From positions 5,907 to 69,906 of the forward strand of contig JACPCD010000007.1 of NCBI GenBank assembly GCA_016179955.1: DNA of 64,000 nucleotides. Direction: 5' to 3'. The notes beneath the pieces are model-generated. The model did not search any database and was not told where the DNA came from. It saw only the letters and a list, made by a program, of their open reading frames with translations. Source of the stretch: Candidatus Woesearchaeota archaeon (GTDB taxonomy: Archaea > Nanobdellota > Nanobdellia > Woesearchaeales > GW2011-AR9). Position 1 is the stretch's first letter. Each line of letters starts with the position of its first letter. A program made the position numbers and the translations under genes. Of this stretch, positions 1-10,168 are shown piece after piece.

Positions 1-248
1 AAGTCAAACCGCAACCCTAAATCCCGATTACCTTGATCCTTGAGTTTTAAAGTTTCCCGGAGCGCATCGGACTCTTCACCGGCAGCGAACTTTGCCGCTA
101 ACGTTTCATAGCGTTCCAGGATGGGTGTTTCCAGAGGCTGGAAGCCATAGAGTTCAAATACACTGGTCAGCGTATTAACTACTTGATTCTTGAGTGCTTT
201 CTCTTCCGGCGGGATGTCCCGGACGCCTTTTGCCGTTTGCAGTTCCAT
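1..248 (-). CDS. hisS: Histidyl-tRNA synthetase (or HisZ paralog), 5' part; runs off window start
   Basis: Own translation from ATG at 248: MELQTAKGVRDIPPEE...FELYGFQPLETPILERYE...DQGNRDLGLRFD, the HisRS motif-1 region; not in ORF track because truncated. Confidence 0.85.
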   Translation of the reverse strand, partial: MELQTAKGVRDIPPEEKALKNQVVNTLTSVFELYGFQPLETPILERYETLAAKFAAGEESDALRETLKLKDQGNRDLGLRFD

Positions 249-278
249 AGTGTCAGTACCCTCCTATTTTTTCTCGTT

Positions 279-875
279 TTATATATCTTTTGCCAGCAGG
301 ACGAATCCACTCTCGCTAAAAATAGTGTCGTAGATGGTCAATCTTTCGTCCCGGCAGGTCTGCCCCGAATAGACAATGTCAATTGCGAGGTCAGCATTCC
401 CCCGCCGAACTTGCCGTTCCACTTGACCATCTTCAACCAGAAGCGTGGCACTCCACTGCTGCTGCTCCAGATAATCCCGCGCTAGATTAACGTACTTGGT
501 GGAAACGGCTATCCTGGCGCCGCCGCCATAGGAAAAGAGCCGTTCTTCAAAGAAAAAGAGAGAATATTCTTCTGGGCCCAGCAAACATAATTGTGGCTTG
601 GTTGTTTCCGGCCAGGGCACAAAAGAAACTCTCCGTAAAGAACTATTTTTCTTGGAGCGGAGATAGTCTTGGTATAAATCATTCCCGGTCCAGCCATAGC
701 CTCCTGCTTTTTCGACCGCTGCAGGGATTTCTTCTCCCCGCACCTTGACCAACGTTGCCCTGCTGCCAAAAGCAGAGCAAACCAAATAGTTAAAACGTTC
801 CAGTCCGCTATTTTGAGGAATAAAGACAGTGAAGACCACCAGTGCATCGCTGCACAGCTGCCTCCAACGGTTCAC
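279..875 (-). CDS. hisG: ATP phosphoribosyltransferase, short form, divergent
   Basis: VRGEEIP, GWTGNDL, IAVSTKYVNLARDY, GQVE, ADLAIDIVYSGQT match HisG; no C-terminal regulatory domain; start uncertain (purine-preceded ATG at 894 is out of frame). Confidence 0.7.
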   Translation of the reverse strand: MNRWRQLCSDALVVFTVFIPQNSGLERFNYLVCSAFGSRATLVKVRGEEIPAAVEKAGGYGWTGNDLYQDYLRSKKNSSLRRVSFVPWPETTKPQLCLLGPEEYSLFFFEERLFSYGGGARIAVSTKYVNLARDYLEQQQWSATLLVEDGQVERQVRRGNADLAIDIVYSGQTCRDERLTIYDTIFSESGFVLLAKDI

Positions 876-951
876 TTTTGATTATCTGCTCCATAGTTTT
901 TCTCTCCCCGCTTTGAGCCCGGACGGCCTTGTTATTTATTTTTATTTGAAG

Positions 952-1035
952 GGCCGCAGGCGGGAATTGAACCCGCTCCTCTTGCTGTCAGCATAATTCC
1001 ACAGGCAAGAACGCTACCTATACGCTACTGCGGTC
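952..1035 (-). tRNA. tRNA-His(GTG), atypical, with 12-nt intron at 37/38 (987-998)
   Basis: Cloverleaf by eye: G-1, anticodon arm CTTGC-CTGTGG/A-GCAAG, T arm GCGGG-TTCAATT-CCCGC, C73; A1-C72 mismatch and imperfect BHB. Confidence 0.8.
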
Positions 1036-1231
1036 ATAAAAAATGTGGGGGCTAAAGCCCTAGAGATGATGAAAGAGAAAACTATCACTATTCCTTTCGT
1101 TTAATGTATCATCAGCAAAGAGATTAAAAGTCTGGCAACTGGAAAAACTAACAGTGAATACCATCAACTCGTTTAGTTGTCATGATGATTCAAAATAGGC
1201 CGAACTATTTAAATTTTTCTACGAAAAATGG

Positions 1232-3016
1232 TTAATTCTTAGACAGTCCTGCGAGCAACCGTGTTACATCTTTATACTCCACACAGTGATGTTGATAACA
1301 GTCCTGGATTTTATCACCATAGATTTGCATTGAATTGGCAGGAAGATGTTTCCAGTCGATCTTATGGGGAATGTGGATTATATGCCAATGATCCATAAAT
1401 GCCATGAGATTATAAAAATCGTGCTGTAATGGCCGTTTATATTCTGCCGCGGTGTATTCTTTCCCTAATATTATAGCGGCTCTTCGTTGGGCCATTGCTG
1501 CCAAAGAAGCGCTTGCGGGTGTAGGATGATCGTACATTTGTGCAGGAATTTCCATGAAATCAATATTCTTACTCTCTATCCAATGTCCATTATAGAATTT
1601 TTGCACTTGGGCATACAAAGTCGCAATGAGGTCTTTATATTCACCGGTTTCTTCATACAGGTAAGTGGCAAAGAGCAGCATGGCGGCATAATCCTCCAGG
1701 AATTCGCCCGGCTGTAAATTTTCTTGATAGGAACTGTGGTGCAATATTTTTCCGTGGTAATGTCGGGTTAGAATATTGTTGAACAAAAGATTAGCTTTTA
1801 TTTTTGCCATAGTATTATTGCAATGTCTGGAGGCCATGAGAAGTCCAATCCCAACCAAGGCATTCCAGCTAGTAAGATATTTTCTATCGGTAAACGGCTG
1901 TTTTCTTTTTTTGCGCAGACGTAATAATTTTTTTTCAATTTCGGGAAGAAAAGTATTAGTATGTTTGACCAGATGGATTTTGCCATCAAAGTTTTGTTCA
2001 AGCGTGTATACTTGCTGAAATTGTTGGTATTCTTCCTCATGTAAATGTTGCTGTAATTCAGCAAGGCCCCATACATAGGTGCTGCCTTCATGATGATCAG
2101 TATCGGCATCGTGCGCCGCATAGTACAGATTGCCGGCATAAGTATCTTCTAAACAGGTTATTATCTTTTCAACAATAGTTTTGTACGCTGGCTTTTTGAG
2201 TATCTTATACGCGAGGCTATAGACCCACAAATGCATGGCTTGATCATAGAGCATTTTCTCAAAATGGGGGATGGTCCAGGATTCGTCGATACAGTAGCGG
2301 TAAAAACCACCCTGCAGATGGTCATGCAACCCCCCTTTTACCATTTCATCAAGGATCTTTTCAAGAATATCTTTAACTTCTATATCTTGGTGTTGTTCGT
2401 ACCAGCTCAGTAAAAATAATAACGTGTTGTGGGGGGGAAATTGGGGGCCGGGAGTAAACCCAGTTCCCGTAAAATGAGCTTTAATTTCGGTGATTGTGGC
2501 CTGTTCGGCAATATTCTCTTGTGGAGGGATATGGTAATTATAGATTGGAATATTATCTGAATGTTGGCTATAAGACTGCTTCAGATGCTGTAATAAATCC
2601 AAGAATCCTGGTAATCCGTAACGGGGAGTTATAGGGACATAGGTTACAGCTAGAAATGGTCTTTGATCTGGAGTCAAGAACACATTCAGTGGCCATCCTC
2701 CGTGTCCCTGCGTTTCATGCATAAAGTTCATCAGGTAACTGTCAATATCAGGTCGTTGCTCTCTATCGACTTTGATGCACACAAAATGCTGGTTCAAAAA
2801 ATAGGCAATTTCTTTGTTTGAGAAAGCTTCCTGCGCCATAACATGACACCAATGGCAGGTCGCATAGCCTACTGATACCAACATTAATTTATGATTATTT
2901 TTGGCATGTTCTAGTACTTCGGGAGACCATTCTTGCCAGTGGATTGGATTATCTTTATGCTGCTGTAAGTAGGGAGACGTAGCGTAGTCTAAGTTATTTT
3001 TATGGAAGTTAATCAT
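1232..3016 (-). CDS. Thioredoxin-domain protein, YyaL/SSP411 (DUF255) family
   Basis: SPYLQQHKDNPIHW, CHWCHVM, KVDREQRPDID, GGWPL, PHFEKMLYD. Confidence 0.9.
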   Translation of the reverse strand: MINFHKNNLDYATSPYLQQHKDNPIHWQEWSPEVLEHAKNNHKLMLVSVGYATCHWCHVMAQEAFSNKEIAYFLNQHFVCIKVDREQRPDIDSYLMNFMHETQGHGGWPLNVFLTPDQRPFLAVTYVPITPRYGLPGFLDLLQHLKQSYSQHSDNIPIYNYHIPPQENIAEQATITEIKAHFTGTGFTPGPQFPPHNTLLFLLSWYEQHQDIEVKDILEKILDEMVKGGLHDHLQGGFYRYCIDESWTIPHFEKMLYDQAMHLWVYSLAYKILKKPAYKTIVEKIITCLEDTYAGNLYYAAHDADTDHHEGSTYVWGLAELQQHLHEEEYQQFQQVYTLEQNFDGKIHLVKHTNTFLPEIEKKLLRLRKKRKQPFTDRKYLTSWNALVGIGLLMASRHCNNTMAKIKANLLFNNILTRHYHGKILHHSSYQENLQPGEFLEDYAAMLLFATYLYEETGEYKDLIATLYAQVQKFYNGHWIESKNIDFMEIPAQMYDHPTPASASLAAMAQRRAAIILGKEYTAAEYKRPLQHDFYNLMAFMDHWHIIHIPHKIDWKHLPANSMQIYGDKIQDCYQHHCVEYKDVTRLLAGLSKN

Positions 3017-3894
3017 GGGAGGGCAATATTTTCAATGAATTTGATATCTTTATCTGTAAGATTAAAGTCAAGTGCCAGATCCTCTTTCATATGAGTGGAA
3101 TTAGTTGTTCCGGTTAACGGTAATATCCCGATTTGCAGGGCAAATTTAAAGATAATTTGTGTTGATGTTGTATGTAATTTTGCGGCAAGGGGTTGTACTT
3201 GCGGCAACACCAAAGCATTCGCAGTTAGCAATGAAAATCCTTGATATATAATGCCTTTTTGGGTACAGAATTGCCGTATTTCTTTATCCCAGCCTAACTG
3301 CGCATAGCAGCGATTTTGCACGAAGGTTGGTTTTACAGCGGCTCGTTGATACAATTGTTGTAATTGATCGAGATTAACATTACTTATTCCAAGATAAGTC
3401 ACTTTTTGTTCTTTATGGATTGCTTCCATCTCCTGCCATACGTGCCAGTCAGCAGGTGCCAATCCTACCCCAGTAGAGGGGCCATGCAAGAGATAAGAAT
3501 CGATATAATTAGTCTGTAAATGTTGCAGTGAACTTTGAAACGATTGCCGTACTTGGGTGGCATAGTCAGCATATGGATTGTAGGGCAATCTATGATCTTG
3601 TCCATCAACAGAGGTGAATTTGGTTTGCAGAAAAAGTTGGTTTCGGTGAATACCGCTTTTAATGATGGCATTGCCCACTGCAGTTTCATTATAATGTTGG
3701 CGTTGATTGGCAGTATCGATAGCTCGAAAACCGGTCTTGAGGGCGGTAAGGACCAGATTTTCCGTAGCTTCTTCTTTCCAGGCAGTACCATAGATGATGA
3801 GTGGGGGTTGCATACTTTGAATAGAATGTTCTAATTTATAAGCGTTAGTGGCTTTTCGGTTAATATGAAGCATTTGTAATTTTTTATCTGTCAA
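3013..3894 (-). CDS. Aldo/keto reductase
   Basis: GFRAIDTA, LQTKF, YIDSYLLHGP, LGISN; true start probably the internal MQPP. Confidence 0.85.
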   Translation of the reverse strand: MTDKKLQMLHINRKATNAYKLEHSIQSMQPPLIIYGTAWKEEATENLVLTALKTGFRAIDTANQRQHYNETAVGNAIIKSGIHRNQLFLQTKFTSVDGQDHRLPYNPYADYATQVRQSFQSSLQHLQTNYIDSYLLHGPSTGVGLAPADWHVWQEMEAIHKEQKVTYLGISNVNLDQLQQLYQRAAVKPTFVQNRCYAQLGWDKEIRQFCTQKGIIYQGFSLLTANALVLPQVQPLAAKLHTTSTQIIFKFALQIGILPLTGTTNSTHMKEDLALDFNLTDKDIKFIENIALP

Positions 3895-3931
3895 AATTAT
3901 AAAATGTTCACATTAGCCTACGAAAAACTTC

Positions 3932-4633
3932 TCAATCTTCAAACGCCAGCGAATGCATGCGCAGCCGCAGCACCACAAAGGCAATGGCACTAAATGTATA
4001 TCCGATTAGGTATCCCAAATCTCCTATCATCGCCACCGCACCATAATCCACCTGTCCGGCAGTATACGCAAAGAATAAGTCGCCTAACAAAATGAAGCAA
4101 CTGGAAACAAAAAATAATTTCAGGGAAGCACCAAAATCAGCCAGTTCCTGCGAAAAGAGCAGCACGCTTACCGCAAAGGCGACGATAAGTGAACTCAACA
4201 AAGGATAGACATAACTGAAAGTGGTGGCTGGCTGGATGAGCACGAACAGGTACAAGGCCACCAGAACAATCAGAACCCCTCCCACCAGCAGCTGGGGAAG
4301 CAGTTTGCCGCTGTGCGGATGCTGGCGGTACAACATCAAAGCTAATGCTAAAAAAGAAACCACCGTGAGAAAAGCCCCTCCTGACCAATACACATCCTGT
4401 ATTCCCAACAAGGATTGGTCGTCAAACACAAATTTGGTTAAGTAGTAAGAAACTTCCCCCAGCGCATACAACAGGTATCCCCACACCAGAAAGAAGAAAA
4501 TAAAGTAGTCTTTGTCTTCAAATAACTCCTTGAGCTTGTTGCGGAAAAATCCTTCCAGGGCCACAAAACCGGCCAATGCAGCCAACGCGGCTGCCAAGGC
4601 AATCAGCCCCTGAATCACGTTCCCTATCACCAT
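3932..4633 (-). CDS. Polytopic membrane protein (~7 TM), function unknown
   Basis: Repeated hydrophobic segments over 233 aa. Confidence 0.65.
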   Translation of the reverse strand: MVIGNVIQGLIALAAALAALAGFVALEGFFRNKLKELFEDKDYFIFFFLVWGYLLYALGEVSYYLTKFVFDDQSLLGIQDVYWSGGAFLTVVSFLALALMLYRQHPHSGKLLPQLLVGGVLIVLVALYLFVLIQPATTFSYVYPLLSSLIVAFAVSVLLFSQELADFGASLKLFFVSSCFILLGDLFFAYTAGQVDYGAVAMIGDLGYLIGYTFSAIAFVVLRLRMHSLAFED

Positions 4634-4709
4634 AGTGGGAAGAAAAACAAAAGAGGTATATAAAAGATTTGATTTAAATGGTGGTTTGAATGAAATTTGA
4701 GAAAAAAAG

Positions 4710-4855
4710 GGCGGCTGGGGGGATTTTCGAGACCAACCCTGCAGGGTATGGGGTTGATAAGGGGCGAAGCCACTTATTATCGAACCCCCTTCCGAAGCTG
4801 ACTGTAACTGAATGTTACCACAGGCTTCTATACTAGCCGTTGTACGACAGCCGCC
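4710..4855 (-). tRNA. tRNA-His(GTG) with two BHB introns: 37/38 (4800-4817, 18 nt) and 59/60 (4724-4778, 55 nt)
   Basis: G-1, acceptor GCGGCTG/CAGCCGC, C73, anticodon arm GAAGC-CTGTGG/A-GCTTC; central helices CUGU/ACAG and UUCG/CGAA, each flanked by 3-nt bulges. Confidence 0.92.
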
Positions 4856-4896
4856 ATAATGGGAGGAAGAATGTATTTATTTTAAAAACCTTTGGC

Positions 4897-6433
4897 TCAA
4901 ATCACCAACACCTGCTGTTTCCGAACCACGCGAACTTTCAACGAGGTCGCATGCCCTAAGAACTCTCCACCCGCCTGTAACGGGAAAGGCCTTTTGCTGG
5001 CAAGAATTATCTCTTTTCCCCGCAAAGATAACAACGGCGGCTTGTCGGTATTGGTTAACGCTAACAATAAGCCCCATAACCGTACCGCTTTATTCAGTAG
5101 ATGGGCATGAGTATTAATAACCGCCGTGGCATATACTTTACCATCATCCGGAACCACTCGACCCAGCAGCGAGCGCATCGCAAACCCATAATATGGAATC
5201 TTCCCGAGCGTAAAGTTGACACAGTTCGGGAAATGAAATTTCTTTCCATCGACATAACAATTAAGGTCATATCCATTCTTAGACCATAAGACCGTCCGCA
5301 GGCTGCTAGCAAGATAGCCCAAAAAACCGCGCTGCTGGCCTTTTTGGTAGCGAATCACGTCCGCATCAATGCCCAGAGCTATAAACGTAGTCTGGATTTT
5401 ACGGTGGTTCCATTCTAATTCCAAGACGTCCATCGATGCTTCCTGGAAATGAAAACGCGAACGCAGGTACTCAAACCGTTTGCCTTTATAGAAATAAGAA
5501 TAATATGCGTTCCCCGCCCCTAAGGGAAAAAACCCTAATTTTTTGTTCCAGAAAGGGCGATAATTCAAAGCACTTATATGCGTTCCCCGCCCCTAAGGGA
5601 AAAAACCCTAATTTTTTGTTCCAGAAAGGGCGATAATTCAAAGCACTTTCAAATGAGCCATCGCCACCGGCAATGATGAGATTATCAGTGGGCGCAATAT
5701 TTTTTTCTACACTTCGATACATGTTAGGAGCAGCCGGAAGATAGTGTACTTCTGCTCCCCGCCTCTTGGCAAACAGCCGCAGCAAATGTCTTCGATAGCG
5801 GTCATTATAGGCGCTGGATTGGGGATTAGCAAGAATAACCATCGTTCCCGCCTCTACTTTTTTGCGCTCCTGCCAATGTTTATGCGCACCCTTGCCATAG
5901 TGCAACGCATGATAGAGGATGGAAGCTGCGGCCAAGACTAACACTGCTGCCGTCAACACGAACAGCGCCACTGCCGACATTAAGGCTTGATCAAAAAGAG
6001 ATGAGTACCAAAAAAAGTCCTCCAGCAACAGGCTGAACAAAATAGCGTACTGAAGATAGACCATTGACTTGCGATAGCTCTCTTCAGGAATGAGGATATC
6101 ATCTTGCGACGCCAGCCAGCGGACGATGCCCACACTTACATCTCGAACGATAAAGAAAACAAAAGGAACTTTCCAGAATTTTCCCTGCAGTACGAACAGC
6201 AGCAACAGCCCCATCACTAAGATTTTATCGGCAAAGGGATCGAGGAAAGAGCCAATTCTGGTGGTTTCAGCACGCTTCCGGGCGACGTACCCATCAACGA
6301 TGTCCGTGATAATAGCAACACCTAGCAACACCATGGCCCAGGCAGACGCCGTCGCTGTTTCCTGCAGGATCAGAAGAATAAGCAAGGGCAAAAAAGCAAT
6401 GCGGGTTAAGGTAATGATGTTCGCCAGGTTCAT
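4897..6433 (-). CDS. CDP-alcohol phosphatidyltransferase (PgsA-like) fused to diacylglycerol-kinase family domain; split by a 73-bp duplication
   Basis: N-term NLANIITLTR...TDIVDGYVAR...GSFLDPFADK; then LANP, AGGDGS, PLGAGN, LGIDA, YYG, PLQAGGE; removing one repeat copy joins ORFs 5486-6433 and 4897-5568. Confidence 0.8.
5503..5648. repeat. Exact 73-bp tandem duplication (5503-5575 / 5576-5648)
   Basis: atatgcgttccccgccc...taattcaaagcactt occurs twice head to tail. Confidence 0.95.
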
Positions 6434-6468
6434 GGGAGAAGAAAAAGAAAGATTATTTTTAAAGTCTT

Positions 6469-7980
6469 CTACATCATTCCGGCCATTCCCGGGCCATTAG
6501 GTGACATTGGCTGTGAATTATTTTTTCCCCCCATGATCACATCGTCAATGCGCAGAATCATCTCCGCCACTTCCGTGGCGCTGGATAAGGCTTGCGTCTT
6601 GATCTTGAGTGGTTCAATGACTCCCGCACGCTGCGCATCCATGACCTCGCCAGTAAATACATTAATTCCGGCCCAGGTTTGGCCTTGATCGTGCGCTGAC
6701 CTCAGCTGCGTCAGCACCGTAATGGGATCTAACCCGGCATTTTCTGCAAGTGTTCGGGGCACTATTTCCATGGCATCGGCAAAAGCTTGCACTGCTAACT
6801 GTTCTCTTCCGGTTAAAGTTGCTGCAAACCGGCGTATGCCCTGCGCCAGCTCCATCTCAATGGCGCCCGCCCCGGCAACAACTTTGCCATCTTTGAGGGC
6901 AGCGGCCACATCACCCAGGGCATCGGTAACGGCCCGTTTTATTTCTTCTGCCACATGATCCGTTCCGCCGCGCACCAGCAGCGTCATCGCCCTAGGATTA
7001 GGACATTTTTCCACGAAGATCATTTCTTCCTCGCCAATTTTTTCCTCGCGAACTATGCCGGCACTTCCCAAATCAGCGGGAGACAATTCTTTCCAATTGC
7101 TGACGATCGTGGCTCCCGTAGCTCGAGCCAATGATTCCATGTCACTCTTCTTCACCCGGCGCGCCGCTAATACTCCCGCTTTCGCCAGAAAATGCTGCGC
7201 TAAATCATCAATCCCTTTCTGGCAGAAGACAACGGTAGCTCCACTCAGAGTGATTTTATCAACCATCAGCCGTAATGTTCGTTCTTCCTGATCGAGAAAA
7301 GAATTCAATTGGCTGGGATCAGTGATTTGTATTTTGGCATCGATTTCCGTATTCTTTATTTCCAGCGCCGCATCCAGCAAGGCTACTTTCGCCGGCGATA
7401 CTGCTCGTGGCATATGCGGATGAACCCGCTCTTTCTCAAGAACTATACCGGCAATGAGCTCACTGTGCTCGGTGCTTTGCCCTGCCCTTTTCTCAACTTT
7501 AATATTATGAATGTCAATTGTTCCATGTTCAGCTACTCCTTTCACCGCCTTAACCACCAAATCAGCCAAAGTTTCTTTATTCGCTTCCGCGCCCTTGCCG
7601 GTCATGGCAGTAACGGCAATCTGACGTAACATCAGATCATTGCTCAAGGCCATTGGCTGCGCTATTTTCTGCAGCAATCGTTGCGCTTCGACTTCCGCCA
7701 AGCGATAGCCTTTGGCTAAGACCGTTGGATGAATATTTTGATCCAGCAAATCTTCCGCTCTCTTCAATAATTCACCCGCTAAGACTACTGCCGTAGTCGT
7801 TCCATCACCCACTGCCTCCTCCTGCGTTTTAGCGACTTCTACCACCATCTTGGCTGCCGGATGCTCAATCTGCATTTCTTTAAGAATCGTCACGCCGTCA
7901 TTGGTGACGATGACGTCTCCCAGAGAATCCACAATCATCTTGTCCGGCAAGATGAATATTGGCTGAACGGTATCCCCCAT
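6469..7980 (-). CDS. ths: Thermosome subunit (group II chaperonin) with apparent in-frame N-terminal deletion
   Basis: [32 protein letters not shown]; the conserved segment ending TLGPKGM is absent between ILP and DKM. Confidence 0.92.
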   Translation of the reverse strand: MGDTVQPIFILPDKMIVDSLGDVIVTNDGVTILKEMQIEHPAAKMVVEVAKTQEEAVGDGTTTAVVLAGELLKRAEDLLDQNIHPTVLAKGYRLAEVEAQRLLQKIAQPMALSNDLMLRQIAVTAMTGKGAEANKETLADLVVKAVKGVAEHGTIDIHNIKVEKRAGQSTEHSELIAGIVLEKERVHPHMPRAVSPAKVALLDAALEIKNTEIDAKIQITDPSQLNSFLDQEERTLRLMVDKITLSGATVVFCQKGIDDLAQHFLAKAGVLAARRVKKSDMESLARATGATIVSNWKELSPADLGSAGIVREEKIGEEEMIFVEKCPNPRAMTLLVRGGTDHVAEEIKRAVTDALGDVAAALKDGKVVAGAGAIEMELAQGIRRFAATLTGREQLAVQAFADAMEIVPRTLAENAGLDPITVLTQLRSAHDQGQTWAGINVFTGEVMDAQRAGVIEPLKIKTQALSSATEVAEMILRIDDVIMGGKNNSQPMSPNGPGMAGMM

Positions 7981-8101
7981 GGTATTCTCCCTATCTCCCC
8001 CATTCATTTCAAGAAAGGAGCGTTTTATAAACGTTATGGAAAGAACTCACTATTCTACCATCATAATCTTTATTAACCAACCAACCTCTACTAATAAAGC
8101 G

Positions 8102-8905
8102 ATGGCCAGCATCATCTTCTTAGGGACGGCCGGCAGCAGTGCCGTGGTCAGTAAACAATTACGCTCTTCCGGAGGCATAATCATCCAGATTGAAGACCTG
8201 CAGTTTCATATTGATCCCGGGCCGGGTGCATTAACTAAAGCCAAGGAATACGGGATTAACCTCCACCATAATACTGCCATCTTAGTGTCCCATAACCATC
8301 TGAACCACTGCAATGACCTGAACGCAGTGGTGGATGCCATGACTCATTCAGGGATAGAGCAGCACGGCATCATTCTGGGCAGCAAGTCGGTGCTGCAACA
8401 TACGGATAAAAGCCATCCTTTCCTGACCAGGTATCACCAAGGATTGGTCGAAAAGGTAATTCCCATGGAGAAGAAGCATAAGGTGGGGATTGAATTGGTC
8501 GAAATCAATGCCTTGCCCGCTGAACATTCTGATCCTACGGCCATCGGCTTCAAACTCTTCTGTCCCAAATTTACGTTAAGTTATACTGGGGATACTATCA
8601 TCACCCCGGCGTTGATGGAAGAACTGAAAGGGTCAGATATTCTTATCTTGAACGTTCCCTATCCCGGAAATAAAGCAATGGGGCAAAATTTAGACACGGA
8701 ATCGGCCACTAAAATCATTGCCCACGTAAGGCCGCGCTTGGCAGTGATGACCCATTTTGGCTTAGACATGCTGCGGGCAGATCATTTCCAGGAAGCCCGG
8801 GAAATGCAGCGGATGACGGGGGTAGAGACGATCGCCGCCCGGGATGGACTGATGTTAGCGGCAGAGAATTACCGGCAGCATATCAATCCGGTGAAAGGGT
8901 ATTGA
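8102..8905 (+). CDS. Metallo-beta-lactamase fold hydrolase
   Basis: FLGTAG, IDPGPG, SHNHLNHCND, YTGDT, THFG. Confidence 0.85.
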   Translation: MASIIFLGTAGSSAVVSKQLRSSGGIIIQIEDLQFHIDPGPGALTKAKEYGINLHHNTAILVSHNHLNHCNDLNAVVDAMTHSGIEQHGIILGSKSVLQHTDKSHPFLTRYHQGLVEKVIPMEKKHKVGIELVEINALPAEHSDPTAIGFKLFCPKFTLSYTGDTIITPALMEELKGSDILILNVPYPGNKAMGQNLDTESATKIIAHVRPRLAVMTHFGLDMLRADHFQEAREMQRMTGVETIAARDGLMLAAENYRQHINPVKGY

Positions 8906-8932
8906 TGTCAATGAGAAGGCACTATCTTCAGT

Positions 8933-9811
8933 TTACAACATCCCCATTAACAACACCACTCCCAAGCCCACAAAACAGCCGGCCGAGATAAAAGGCATCG
9001 CGGGATAAAATTTCTTTTCGTCAGCGGTAAACAACAGCAGCGCCAATCCTGCCAACGCAAAGAATGGAATGAGCAAACTCTGCCATAAACCCAGATCTTT
9101 CAAGACTACCCCAGCAAAGATGAGCGGAAAACCGATATCTCCTCCACCCAGAATGGCCGTGCGCACTTTCATTTTTTTCAGGGTTCTTTTGGCGGGAGCA
9201 AATTTTCCAATGCCGCCGAGTTTGTAAGGGATAAGCAACCCGGCAAAGACTTTTGCATCGGTCTGTGATTGGGCTAACGTCACCATATGTTTTGATTTCC
9301 AGACCGCATAGGCATCATAGATGGCGATGAGCACCAGCAAAACGCTTACGGACGCCAGATTAAATAACGGCGCAAAAATCGCCGCTAACCCGCCGTAAAT
9401 GAACAGCTCGGTCAGATTATGAACCCAGACATTGGGCTTAAAGACTTTCCAAACCCCGAAAATCAGTGCCGGCAGAAAGGCCCACAGTGGAACGACGAAC
9501 GCGCTCCAGGCCACGGTAAGCGCAATGACGACCGCCAGCAAAAACCACACTTTCCAGATGATAATCCAGCGGTACTTGATTAAGAGCAGCAGCAAGCCGG
9601 TCCCGAGCAGGATGGCGATGATGACGGGAATGAAGGACGTTTGCTCATTAACGGGCGGTCTCTCACCGATAGGCAGGTCTTTAAACACAGTTTTACCTGC
9701 TTCCACGCTTTTGAGAGGGTCGATATATTTATAGAGAATTCCGAGACCAATGAACTGGGCCAGCAGGAATGTGCCGAGGACGATGAGGGTGATGGATAAG
9801 GAATGTTTCAT
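8933..9811 (-). CDS. Presenilin/signal-peptide-peptidase family intramembrane aspartyl protease
   Basis: YD...LGGGD...PAMPF motifs in a multi-TM protein. Confidence 0.85.
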   Translation of the reverse strand: MKHSLSITLIVLGTFLLAQFIGLGILYKYIDPLKSVEAGKTVFKDLPIGERPPVNEQTSFIPVIIAILLGTGLLLLLIKYRWIIIWKVWFLLAVVIALTVAWSAFVVPLWAFLPALIFGVWKVFKPNVWVHNLTELFIYGGLAAIFAPLFNLASVSVLLVLIAIYDAYAVWKSKHMVTLAQSQTDAKVFAGLLIPYKLGGIGKFAPAKRTLKKMKVRTAILGGGDIGFPLIFAGVVLKDLGLWQSLLIPFFALAGLALLLFTADEKKFYPAMPFISAGCFVGLGVVLLMGML

Positions 9812-9911
9812 GATAAGGAAAAAATGCCCTCGTTTAAATAGTTATGGGAAAAGACAGTTTTGCCCCAAGCATATGGTTAAAGAGGGCAAGAAAGTAAAAA
9901 ATAAAATGGCA

Positions 9912-10070
9912 TCACTTCATCTTCTTCAGTATGGCTGCTAATAATTCATTGTTTCTTCTTAATAACGAACTGATTTCTCGCTGTTCTCCGTCATTAAGTC
10001 TATCAGAAATATACTTCAGATAGTCTCGAACATATTTCGTAAATTCTTTTTCTTCTGAACCTAGTGCCAT
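9912..10070 (-). CDS. Small hypothetical protein (52 aa)
   Basis: MALGSEEKEFTKYVRDY...ILKKMK, preceded by GGAGGT RBS; below ORF-track cutoff. Confidence 0.6.
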   Translation of the reverse strand: MALGSEEKEFTKYVRDYLKYISDRLNDGEQREISSLLRRNNELLAAILKKMK

Positions 10071-10135
10071 AGTATTACCTCCAAATAAGTTGTTTATGAC
10101 GATTCAATACGAATTTATATACATATCTAACACCC

Positions 10136-10168
10136 ATAATGGATAATGGATAATGGATAATGGATAAT
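10136..10168. repeat. Heptamer tandem repeat (ATAATGG)x4 plus partial copy
   Basis: Read directly from sequence. Confidence 0.9.

Noticed and set aside
830-870. Possible BHB intron fixing the hisG 5' frameshift (hairpin GTGCA-GCGA-TGCAC)
   Set aside because: Central helix is mismatched, and the implied 21-nt removal would not restore the frame
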